Part shown: one piece after another, positions 52,166 to 64,000 of the stretch
Layout: every line of letters starts with the position of its first letter
Position numbering within the stretch: position 1 is the stretch's first letter
Source: Tubiluchus corallicola
Taxonomy: Eukaryota > Animalia > Priapulida
Length of the DNA stretch: 64,000 nucleotides
Assembly (NCBI GenBank): GCA_030141605.1
Contig: JAQGDQ010000625.1
Coordinates: forward strand, 1-64,000
Reading direction: 5' to 3'
Position numbers and translations under genes: made by a program
Notes under the pieces: model-generated
Told to the model about the DNA's origin: nothing
The model's input: only the letters and a program-made list of their open reading frames with translations
The model's database searches: none

Positions 52166-53839
52166 GCTTCACAAAGTACAAGCGAAAAACAGAAGCGCAC
52201 TTTTCATCGTTTTTTTCACATTGAACTAGGAAGGATATTCACCCCACAGGAAAACACGCTTCACGCTTATTTACTCTGTTCTGTAGAGCTTGCTAAAGCG
52301 AAATACTTAACAATGCTACAGACCCAGTAATTTTACTAGTAACGCTACACAGACGCACAAAAGCATGGTAGAACACCGGGGATTTACATAGTGCTACCGA
52401 CAACTATACAGGATGATGTTTAAAATGTTTATCCAATTATTTCACTATTCTTATCTCCAATTATGAACCTATTTTCAAACACGATTTAACGCAGCGTATG
52501 GCTTAAATACCTTACAGCACAGTGGAGTTATTTTGTGGAATAGTGTACCCAATACAATCATTTCCTCTCCTTCTTTACAAATAGCTACCAAACAATATAA
52601 GATATTTTTACTTAGTAAATATTCATTGGCGTGTAAAACCAGAGGTTTTTTCTCTTTTTTGTGCACGTGTGTCTTTTTGCACTAATGTTTTTCTTTTACT
52701 AATAGGTACCATTACGACCTTTGTTACTTATTAGTAAAAGGTATAAATCAATTTAAATGAAATTATTCATTCATCGCAGCCTATATCAAAATCGTAATTA
52801 TATATTATGTTTTCCTTATGTTTCCTTGCTATTATTACATCATTTACTTTATTTCAAAATTATTTCAATATTTACATCAAAATCGTAATTACATATTATT
52901 TTTCCCTTATGTTTCCTTGCTATTATTACATCATTTACTTTATTACATCAATTTCATTGAGTCATCTACAAAAGCACGCATAACTTTAATAATTTTTTCA
53001 TTAAAGTAAGGTGAGTGTGTTAATGACCGTATGGTCGTACACTCACCTCACACTACTCAAATCATTTTATTTATTGTTTATTTATGTGTTTGATATTGTA
53101 GTTTAATGTGTGAAATAAAGACAGCGATGTGATTACGGCAGTATGATCAAGAAAATAAGGACAATCATGGACGCCCTTATTTAAGGCAAGGAGAGACAAA
53201 CTCTTATGGCGATGATTAAACGCTTTAATTCGAACAATTGCGAATTTAAATTTCAAACATCTCAATGAAATTAAAGGTGTAAGCCTAGCCGTAGGGGGGC
53301 GTATCAAGACATTACGACATCCTAGGCTGATAGTTCAGTCTCGCCTGTCAAGGTGGCGTTAATTTATGCGGCTGTTTTTAGGTCTCTTGAGCCACTCAGC
53401 TTTATTATTTGTAGTTTAAGCATATTAATTTTTCTTGTTGTTTTTATTTCAGCTATGTTATAAATTTCTATTTGTAATTTGTATTTTGCTGCGTGAAAAT
53501 GAAGTAACTTGAACTTATCTCTATTATGGATATATATTGCTTATATATGAAGCGCAATATACATATGTTTAGCATAATTGTTTATGATACATCAGTAGCA
53601 TTATTACTTACTACTTACGCGGACATTATTAATTGCATAATATGGATAATTTGCATAGCCGTTTTATACAAGCAGGCTGCACAACTGTTTGTGGTGCAGT
53701 ACTTTTTATGTAGCGCTTATGTAAACGCGGATTCAGTAACAGCTTGTGGTGTGTTATGAAATACTGGTTTTATATAAATTCAAAAATTCAAGAGTTTTCC
53801 AAGGAGAATAACAATTGGTGCTCCTGGTGCACCTCAAAG

Positions 53840-54480
53840 CAGGGCCGGAACTAGATGTGGCAAGCAGGGGGGGGGCACACAAATTTTCTGGGAGGACGAG
53901 GTATCCGAAGTGGTTAAATAATGGTTAAGCCAATTTTTAACCCCTTTTATACTGCATGCAGGGCTATAATTAGCATGTGTGTAGGAAGGCGTAGCGGACA
54001 GAGCAATAATGAGAAAATTAACTCTCAGTTAACCTAACGTTATTAACGTGCCTCTAACTAAATTGTTATTTACAGAAATTCATCACACACAAGTTTTAAG
54101 AAAATAATACGCAGGAAATAAAGTCAAAATGAAATGTGGAACGATACTTCCTTGGACAAAAAAGTCTAGTTTTCAAAAAGTCTCAAATTTCGGCATGGTA
54201 CCGCTGCTACACCAGCATCCTATAGTTGTGCCCTCAGACCTGTTGGCCTGTGTGTAGAGCCTGTGACTGTGTGTGGTCCCTGTAGGCCTACACTGTGATA
54301 GGCACCTCTATGCACACTGAGTTTTGTCTGCACGCACACTGAAGCTACCAAACATTTTTTTACCTAATTCTAATTCATATTGAAAATGATTACATGCGAA
54401 CTGCAATTTCACTGCAAAAAAATTATTTGTCCGATTTTGCAGGGGGGGCGCCTCCCTCGCTCCCCCTAGTTCCGCCCCTG
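53840..54480. mobile_element. hAT-type MITE family B, longer copy
   Basis: TIR CAGGG(C/G)CGGAACTAG; TSD cctcaaag / cctcaaaa; ~230 bp extra internal sequence versus 34782-35216. Confidence 0.9.
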
Positions 54481-55800
54481 CCTCAAAATTTGGTGCACCA
54501 GACCACAAGCTAGTTAGCTATTAGTAAATACGTCACTTGACCTAGGCCTATGCTTAGGCAAAGTCTTCCTCAAATATTTCTTCTTTGTAAGTAGGAATTG
54601 CACAAACAGTTACCGACAATGGATGACTGGTAATTAAGTTTAATTAGGATTGCCTTGTGTTCTAGGAACCAAGTTCATGGGCGAGTGAAATAAATGAGTG
54701 GTCACTTTTCTTGTCTGGTTAGTAACTGTGTGAGACCATCAGAAAACTTGTAAAATATGCTTTATTCTGCCATCAAATGTTCATCTCCCAGCTGAGGAAG
54801 AATGTCCAAAGGTGCCCAAAACACTCTGCCGGGAGAATGTCTCATCTTAGAAAAGTATGCACAGTAATTAGCTAGGGTCCAGTCCTGCCACGATAATTAA
54901 AATAAGCCCTGCACTGAGCTACCGCTTGCTGTGTACTGAATTGTTTAAAAACAACTGCATTTTTCTCAAACTTCCAGTCCTTTGCTGGTGTGAACACAGC
55001 TTTATAATCAGTCAGTACAATTCGGTGAATTGACATTGCAGGCTGTCGTCATCATTTCATGTGATATGGTAGTTTAGAGTTTGTGCTGTGCTGCCACCTA
55101 TTGTCAGCGTTTCAAACAAATGGTAAGAAAATGGCATTTCTTAGTAATTTTCAAAGTAACAGACGAAGCAAAATTCGGGTATGTAAGGTGTAATGAAACT
55201 AGAGTGGTGACCATTTATTTATGTACTGATAAAATCTACCAACGCAATATTAACTCAATTATAACTATTCATGCTACAGCAATTAATAATTTATCATGAC
55301 TGCAAAAATGTTTATATCAACATAAAGTTAAGTTTATTAGTACTGAATTCTGTACAGCATTTACACGCGCAGCAAATTATGCACTAACTGCAAATACGTT
55401 AAACTGCATATCTACAAATTTTTATCCGTACACAAACGTACCAAAAAGCATACTACAACGTACTATAACAACAAATAAAATAGCAATACATCTTGAGTAG
55501 CAGTTTCATCAATATCAAACTATTGACTAACATTAACACCAAGGCAGTGTGTAAATAATTATCACTGACGAATATCGTCAATCGTCATCATCATTACCAT
55601 CCTCACTATCAAAATTCACACAATACAGCAGCAAGCTAGAAAATTAAGCATTAGAGGTGTGTACAAATCTAAACGGATGAACTAGGTAGATGAAAATTGA
55701 ACTTATCATAGCTAGTTTAATAATTACCTGCAGAAAAAGAGCAACAGAGCAGAAAAATCATCACCAGTTAGAAAATCATAAGCAAAATAAATCTCTACAC

Positions 55801-56301
55801 CAGGGGTGTGCAAATTGCGACCCGCGGGCCACTTGTGTCCCGCCGAAAGAATTTGTGCAGCCCGCGAAGAGATTTGTCAACCTAATGAAAGTGTGGCCAA
55901 GGCGATTAATTGAGTGTATCCAGCTGAAGTCCGTGCCACGATCCCAAAGATAGTGCGGGTAGTTTTTTCTACTAGATCAGATGCCATTAACCCTTACAAG
56001 ATGGTTGTAGCTTAATGTCACTGTACTACACAGACTGTGTGATACACATTACTAATATGCATTGTAATGAAATTACCACTATCTGTCCTGAAAGTAGAAA
56101 TATATGGTTTGTAATATAAATTTTAATAACTTCTAAAATAGTTTCTTGAGTGTTGTACTAATGATGTACGCAGGTCGGATGCAAAAAAAATCGTTATTAG
56201 GCCTTTCTGTACTTGGCTCCTTGATCAAACTGCCTGTGGCCTGTGGCAACTGTGGGCAAGTTTAATGTGGCCTGGCTAGTCAGATAATTTGCACACCCCT
56301 G
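55801..56301. mobile_element. hAT MITE family A, copy 4
   Basis: TIR CAGGGGTGTGCAAATT; TSD ctcTAcac / atcTAcac. Confidence 0.93.
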
Positions 56302-56609
56302 ATCTACACTGATATTAATTTTTTCCTCATAAAAGCAACTCTTTTTATTCTAACCACCACAATCTAAAAATCCTAAGTTCTAAAGAGTAAAAGAATTAAT
56401 ACAAACTTAGCAAAATCAAAAACAAAAATTAGTCAGGTCTCATTTATAGTGAACTCTCACTCGTGTGCAACACATAATCGATTAATTTGTATTTTAGTAC
56501 TAACTGCCAGATGTTTACATCCTTATAAATTGTAAAAACTTGCGAATGAAAGAAATAACAACTGAAAGAAGCGATAGGCAATTTACTGGAAAAAGTACGA
56601 AAACGAAAA

Positions 56610-56826
56610 GTCGGATGGGATGGCTCAGTAGTAGTGACCTCTCTTCCCACACAGGTGGTCAACCACACAACTTCCGACCGAGTCATACCAAAGACTTAAA
56701 AAATGGTACCGCGGGTTCTTTGATCAAGCACATGGGCAATAATAATCGGGACCACATTGATGATAAGTGTTGAGATACTTAATGTGTTAGCTCTGGATTA
56801 TGTCCTAAACAAAATTATTATTATTA
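56610..56826 (+). mobile_element. degenerate tRNA-derived SINE
   Basis: A-box-like TGGCTCAGTAG; central GTCATACCAAAGACTTAAAAAATGGTAC that I recall from MetaSINE-type cores; (ATT)n tail. Confidence 0.6.
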
Positions 56827-57336
56827 ATATTCCTTTGGCGGTGGAAGTATTTGAGCAGAATAACCAGGTAAAAACAGTTTTCAGTACAGGTGCAAATAGG
56901 AAGATTTTGGAAGGCAGAATGTCAAATCATAACACATTACAAACTGCACCTTCTGCGTACCTTTGCTATTCAACTGTATTACAGGAAATCTGTACGATGA
57001 AAGTTTTTGAAACGCGTATTTTTTGTCAAGATGGCCGCCCGCGAATATAACTAAGAGTGAAAACGATGTTGATACAGTACTGAGCCTGAGTGATATTCGT
57101 AACTCTACGTAAAATGTTCTGCATTAGAGCAGCATCTACGTATGCAAAATGGTAGCCAATTGTGACTTGATGTACCAGACATTTTCTACCTTTGATAGTT
57201 TTGTCATTAGCGATGAACGAGGAATCAATTTATACAAATTACTCCCCGTTACAACCATGTATAAATTGATACAATCGGCGATTGAACAACAATTCAATAA
57301 ATCGGGGTTAATGGAGAGCAAAATATATGTGTTACA

Positions 57337-57845
57337 ACCGTAGCAACCTAGCCACTGGGGGGGGGGGGGAGGCAAGCCAGCCCAACTCAGTGCCGGTCCC
57401 AAGCCCGGATAAATACAGAGGGTTAGGGTCAGGAAGGGTATCCGCCTGTAAAAACTGCGCCAAAACCTTCTATGAATGAGTCGGTGAGACTTAAAAGGAA
57501 AGTCCACAAAAAAGTGATCAGACCCGCTCTAATCTATGGGCTGGAAGCAGCTTCTCTAAAGAAGACCGCAGAGAAGAAAATGGGTGTGGTGGAGATGAGG
57601 ATGTTGAGATGGATGGTGGGAATAACAAGAAGAGATAAAATTAGAAATAATAATATCAGAGGAACAGTAAAAGTAGTGGAAGCCTCGCTAGATTGCGATG
57701 GTGTGGACACCTGAAAAGAAGAGTCAGTGAAGATCATGTGGGAAGGGAAGACATAAATGAAGAGAAGGTCAACAACAGGAATGCGTGGAGAAGGCTCATT
57801 CACAACGGCGACCCCACATAGGGAAAAGCTGGGAAGAAGAAGAAG
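57337..57845 (+). mobile_element. short internally deleted RTE retroelement, copy 2
   Basis: 17-bp TSD aaaatatatgtgttaca (57320-57336, 57846-57862); RTE 5' UTR joined directly to ORF2 C-terminus (RPALIYG..MRMLRW); (GAA)n tail. Confidence 0.9.
57345..57428 (+). ncRNA. twister ribozyme-like sequence (P1 type, 3' cleavage product; probably degenerate)
   Basis: AA-CCTA-GC..P3..TGCCGG-TCCC-AAGC-CCGG-ATAAA-TACA-GAGGG; core GCCGGUCCCAAGCCCGGAUAAA matches the rice twister core as recalled. Confidence 0.78.
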
Positions 57846-58343
57846 AAAATATATGTGTTACACACTGACTAAAAGGCAACATTTTAGCAGAAGAAAACGG
57901 AATCTTTGTGTTCTCTCTTCATGTTTCTTGCCTTGCACAATGCGCACAATTGTGAACCACATTGTTGCAAACTGGAGAATTCACATTCGTTGGCACGTGA
58001 TGAATGCAGTGACGTAGTCAATAAGTGGTTAACGAATGTCTGTCAAAATTAAATGGCAGACAGCGACAAAAGCCGTGAAGAGGTTTATAAAGCTATATTT
58101 CACTGCAGTCATACTGTTATACTGTTAAAAAATCCCTCAAACGAGTAATCGTGACATCGAAGTACAAGAACAAGATTGTAATCAAGCTACAAAATTTCAA
58201 AATCGCCAACCACTACTTACCATAAGCGCAATACGACAGAGTTAGAAATGTGATAATACGATACAGAAGTGTGCTGTTATCACCATCGGTTACAAAAGCA
58301 ATGATTTAATGCAAACCAGAAGCAGCAAAATCCAAATCAAGTA

Positions 58344-58931
58344 CAGTCAAGCCTCGTTATCTCGCCCCTCATTATGCCGCCAGACTCTCGCCATAGAAAG
58401 TACCAGGACGGATTTCCTGCTTTGATATTTACCTCGTTAAGTCGCCACCCTCGCTTCTCGCCCTCACCACGTCATGCTAGGATGAGTGCTTATGTAAACT
58501 ATATTCGTTATGTCGCCAAACAGACAAACTCAGAGGTGAATCGATCAATACATATACCGCGTGTCGATCAATATAACCGCGGTATGTAGACAATGCTGCT
58601 GTACTCGATAGACAGACATAATTAATCTAGTGTGTGTCTCACCAGGATTAGATTAGGAGTGCTGTGGTTGGTTAATGCACAGAGAAACTAAAGCGTCACC
58701 GATATCCTTACTCTATAACACCAAAGCTGCATTTAAGTTTGAGTTTCCACAAAGTGTGAGCAACTTTACATGATGTCTCTGAAGCAAAAACTGTTTTGTC
58801 TTAATCCTGAACAAAAAAAGGAAATTTGTATATATAGACTAACTTCGTTATATTCCCGTTATCTCGCCATACTCGCCTCTCGCCAAAAGTTTGCCGTAGA
58901 CGGACAGTGGCGAGATAACGAGACTAGACTG
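58344..58931. mobile_element. pogo/Tigger-like (Tc1/mariner) MITE
   Basis: 23-bp TIR CAGTC(A/T)AG(C/T)CTCGTTATCTCGCC; TA on both sides; internal CTCGCC repeats. Confidence 0.9.
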
Positions 58932-60735
58932 TAACTGATCGAATCAGGTAGGTCATGTGAGTAAAACTATATAAATACTAATGCAAACTAATGACAACGT
59001 TCTGAAATCGGATATCTTCTAAAGAGATCAATTTCTAGGTCACTCTTGCGAAGAAAGCGGACATGTACTGAAACCTAATCTGGTCATGCCCCGATGTTAT
59101 GCCTCTGTGCGTACTAAGATATGGAACAGTTCGATTTCTCCGGAACATTGCCCTCTGCCTTTTCAATTTCACACAAAATCTGTGAGAAAATATCACTAAC
59201 GCTCTGAAATGTAAAGAAATACACATATTTACGCATGACAATTGAATCAACATGTATCACATTATAAAGAAGTGAGAATATAATATCCAAAAGTTAAATA
59301 TAACTACTAGTTACATTTAACTAACATTTACATATCAACAAACACTATCTAGGGAGCATACTGTCCACATGACCCCCATTTGCACTGAAGAATCATTAAT
59401 ATAACAGGTATAAAAATATGTGCCGAAGTTTTAATCACGATATCATAAAAAATAACAGAATTAACTGAAAATTGCTTCACTGATGTTACAGATATTTACG
59501 AATAAAAAACCATAAATTTAAGTCATTCCATTAGACCTTTCCAAAGATACAGAAGTTTTAAATCAACAAAATTAATAAATGTCAGAAAAACCTTGCACCA
59601 CTATTGCTAAAATGTACAGCAAGTGTCCTGAGTTCACCATTTGCACTGCAAACTAGATGAATACAACAGCTGACACAGTTTATCACTTCTTTAAGGGATA
59701 TTTAAGTCCCAGCTCTCAATCATTTTTGCCTTTAGCTACTATTAAGGTCAGTGTGAACCTGACTTAATAAATTTTAATTTTGTAGCCAAGGTGGCTCCAT
59801 CTAGCTAGAGAGTTTAAAATGTGGGCATTGACCTAGTTACATTTTTCATTATGCTGTTCTGTTGTATGTGTGAACGTGTGTCTTGTACAAGCTAGCGAAA
59901 TTTTTCATTAGATATATGCTACAACGATGTAAGTTTACTTCTATTAATTTTTATTTTGATTTATTCACTAATATTTATGAATGGACTAAACTATGTAGCA
60001 ATCTAACTAAATTAGCCAATGTCAGTCACCTTTGCCTTTCTATTTTTTTGTTTTAAATGTTGCAGAAATAAAGATCAGTGGTTTATGTGAAAATTCAACT
60101 GAGACTTTTGAAGTTGTCATAAATGCCTCTCAGAGACACTAACAGCTACTTTGCATCAAATGGCTATGCAAGGCCATTGTACACTTCCGCTTTAAGTGAC
60201 ATTTTGCTAAATCACACTTTGCTTGGTAACAAATTTTTATAAATGTTTTATGTTTCCTAGTGATGACCATAATGTAAATTGATTGATTCCTTTGCTCCAG
60301 GTACTGTGTGCTTTATAGTTTGCAGAAAGTGACATTTTCACCGATGACAATGTTCCGACACTAATCTGTTGATGATTAGCTCACAATGTATTTTTTAACA
60401 TGCAAAAGTTTTTCTGCCGTAAGTTAAAAACCACAGCACTATAAACTTGTAACTTTGAAAGCAAAAATTCAATGTACTGTAATATGAAGTTGTGAAATTT
60501 CAACTTTATAGAGCACTTGCTTCTTAAGGTATTGCAGTCAAAACTTCGGTACATTTTTTCTACACCACCCAATATAACAGCAAAATTTTTAATTCACTAA
60601 TTATAATATTATTATACATTACATTGTCACTCATTGACAATGTAATGTGTCATTATTATTGAGATAGCAGATCAATACTGACATACTAATGGTCCAGGCA
60701 AACACTAGTAAACAGTAATTGACAGCCCCATTATT

Positions 60736-62374
60736 GCACTGTACTGGACATTCTAATAGCAATGTCATTGAAAGCACTGCACTGGACATTCTAATAGCAA
60801 TGTCATTGAAAGCACTGCACTGGACATTCTAATAGCAATGTCATTGAAAGCACTGCACTGGACATTCTAATAGCAATGTCATTGAAAGCTCTGCACTGGA
60901 CATTCTAATAGCAATGTCATTAAAAGCACTGCACTGGACATTCTAATAGCAATGTCATTAAAAGCTCTGCACTGGACATTCTAATAGCAATGTCATTGAA
61001 AGCTCTGCACTGGACATTCTAATAGCAATGTCATTAAAAGCACTGCACTGGACATTCTAATAGCAATGTCATTGAAAGCTCTGCACTGGACATTCTAATA
61101 GCAATGTCATTGAAAGCTCTGCACTGGACATTCTAATAGCAATGTCATTGAAAGCACTGCACTGGACATTCTAATAGCAATGTCATTGAAGGCACTGCAC
61201 TGGACATTCTAATAGCAATGTCATTGAAAGCACTGCACTGGACATTCTAATAGCAATGTCATTGAAGGCACTGCACTGGACATTCTAATAGCAATGTCAT
61301 TGAAAGCACTGCACTGGACATTCTAATAGCAATGTCATTGAAAGCACTGCACTGGACATTCTAATAGCAATGTCATTGAAAGCACTGCACTGGACATTCT
61401 AATAGCAATGTCATTGAAAGCTCTGCACTGGACATTCTAATAGCAATGTCATTGAAAGCTCTGCACTGGACATTCTAATAGCAATGTCATTGAAAGCACT
61501 GCACTGGACATTCTAATAGCAATGTCATTGAAAGCACTGCACTGGACATTCTAATAGCAATGTCATTGAAAGCACTGCACTGGACATTCTAATAGCAATG
61601 TCATTGAAAGCACTGCACTGGACATTCTAATAGCAATGTCATTGAAGGCACTGCACTGGACATTCTAATAGCAATGTCATTGAAAGCTCTGCACTGGACA
61701 TTCTAATAGCAATGTCATTAAAAGCACTGCACTGGACATTCTAATAGCAATGTCATTGAAAGCACTGCACTGGACATTCTAATAGCAATGTCATTGAAAG
61801 CTCTGCACTGGACATTCTAATAGCAATGTCATTGAAAGCACTGCACTGGACATTCTAATAGCAATGTCATTGAAAGCACTGCACTGGACATTCTAATAGC
61901 AATGTCATTAAAAGCACTGCACTGGACATTCTAATAGCAATGTCATTAAAAGCACTGCAGTGGACATTCTAATAGCAATGTCATTGAAAGCACTGCACTG
62001 GACATTCTAATAGCAATGTCATTGAAAGCACTGCACTGGACATTCTAATAGCAATGTCATTGAAAGCACTGTACTGGACATTCTAATAGCAATGTCATTG
62101 AATGCACTGCACTGGACATTCTAATAGCAATGTCATTGAATGCACTGCACTGGACATTCTAATAGCAATGTCATTAAAAGCACTGCACTGGACATTCTAA
62201 TAGCAATGTCATTGAAAGCTCTGCACTGGACATTCTAATAGCAATGTCATTGAATGCATTGCACTGGATATTCTAATAGCAATGTCATTGAAGGCACTGC
62301 ACTGGACATTCTAATAGCAATGTCAATGAATGCACTGCACTGGACATTCTAATAGCAATGTCATTGAAAGCTCT
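60736..62374. repeat. 38-bp minisatellite, ~43 copies
   Basis: unit gcactgcactggacattctaatagcaatgtcattgaaa; no spacers. Confidence 0.97.
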
Positions 62375-62710
62375 GTAGAAACTAGACAATTAGGTTGAAC
62401 GGTGAACAATATCTGTAGACTAAAATAACATGGCACATGTATGATTACATGTCACGGATTCCCGTGATTGAGTTCTACTCTGCTGTTAGACCTTTCATTT
62501 ACAGTATTGCAAACTAGTTTATTCCGGTTCCTACAACCTTTGCAAATTAGCCTATCTTCCATCTTAGGCAGATTATGTGCCTTTTACTGCCTATATCCAT
62601 ACAGAACGCTTCATTACCTTGCTAATGAGTGCACGCGTAAGTGAAGTAGGCAGGTATAGGCATGGGAATTTGCTCTACTTGAAACTTCCACACTTGCCTT
62701 GGAAGAATTT

Positions 62711-62818
62711 GATAGATAGATAGATAAATAGATAGATAGATAGATAGATAGATAGGTAGGTAGGTAGGTAGGTAGGTAGGTAGGTAGGTAGGTAGCTAGG
62801 TAGGTAGGTAGGTAGGTA
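62711..62818. repeat. (GATA)n(GGTA)n microsatellite
   Basis: direct reading. Confidence 0.95.
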
Positions 62819-64000
62819 CAGGGACCATTTGACGCTTGCTATTCCTACAAGCAAACGTCATATGATCCACCTAATTCATTAGGTTATTTTTTTCCTCTTT
62901 TAAACAGTTTTTTATAGTTATGTGCTGATTTGCGTGTTATATATCTAGCATTAGTACTCTGTGTTTATTGTATTAACTATGTGAAAGTGAATAATTATCT
63001 ATAATTGGTCGTCCTGCTGTGATAGAAAGTAATAATGTAAATGCGCCAAATCATGTAAGTTGCAATAAATTATATTTTGGTGGCCACTCTTTTAATCAAA
63101 TAGTCGTGCGGTTTTTATTAAAAGTCAAGAATTAATCTAAATGATATATTTCAATAGCAGCAAACCATTTTAATTAACAACTCGTAAACTTAAGCTTTAT
63201 GCACCTTTTTCTATAAAAACAAACTAGACTATATACACTCCCACGTATTTGTTTAATTCTAATCAACAAATTAAGAACCAGGCCGATGTCTCTCCCACAA
63301 ACTTCTGAAAAAGTGAGCATTTTTCACAACATGATCACTTACTTTGGATATTATGGTGTAGAACAAAATGTAAGTGTAATAAATACACCATTTACATGCA
63401 AACTCATAAAGATACTGTACTGTGTGCCCATCTGCAGTTTAAAATCTTAAATACATTATTGCTAACTACAGACTTAGTAAACCGTAACAATAAGGCTGCT
63501 TAGCTTAACAAGGATAGTTAAAATCGTCCATGGCAGATCTCAGACTCCAAAGTAGTTCACATTTACTTTAGTTTTGAGTGTTGGCCCGCCTAAGTGATCG
63601 TGGAATTAACCCACGGGAGGAAGTTCCGTCTGTGACAAGGCCCAATGAGATCGACGAGTGATTGTATAGATACCCTTGAACCCAGGTGAGACGCAGGCAT
63701 CCCTTGGGGTGGGACCAGTTTATTGGTGGAGCACGGGAGGCAGTGAAAAGTCCTGTCTGGCCAGGATGGACTGACCTACATGTGACACGTGGCTAAGGAG
63801 GCACAAGCGTCATTGCCAGTCAAATGATGCACATGCAGTTTCAACTTCCTATCCTTCCTAAGACAGGTTATACCAATCCTGCCCAAATGTTTTCCACAGA
63901 ATTCTCTAAATCAACAAAGCAAGGCATCAAACTCTACCCAGCAAGAATATTACAACTCGTTAGCAAAAGAGAAAAGTTTATTATTCACCTCACAGATACA

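Overview
AT-rich, repeat-dense invertebrate (animal) genomic DNA, not prokaryotic. The + strand carries 12 phase-consistent exons (2395-36459, ~956 aa; the signal-peptide exon lies upstream of the window) of a BMP type II receptor (BMPR2/wishful thinking). Its introns hold hAT-type and pogo-type MITEs, Helitron-like and LINE remnants, minisatellites and microsatellites. Downstream is a full-length BEL/Pao LTR retrotransposon (39867-46937) with identical 285-bp LTRs, a TATGG TSD and a disrupted ORF, nested in a CR1-like LINE. A convergent single-coding-exon Star-like FkbM methyltransferase lies at 49727-50683 (-). Most notable: (1) a ~0.5-kb internally deleted RTE retroelement family whose 5' end matches the self-cleavage product of a twister ribozyme; (2) a kinase-domain exon whose splice acceptor is built from a probable LINE 3'-tail (TACT)n microsatellite; (3) a 46-bp minisatellite that appears to derive from a transposon end plus its TSD. 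All calls come from reading the sequence by eye; no database searches were run.
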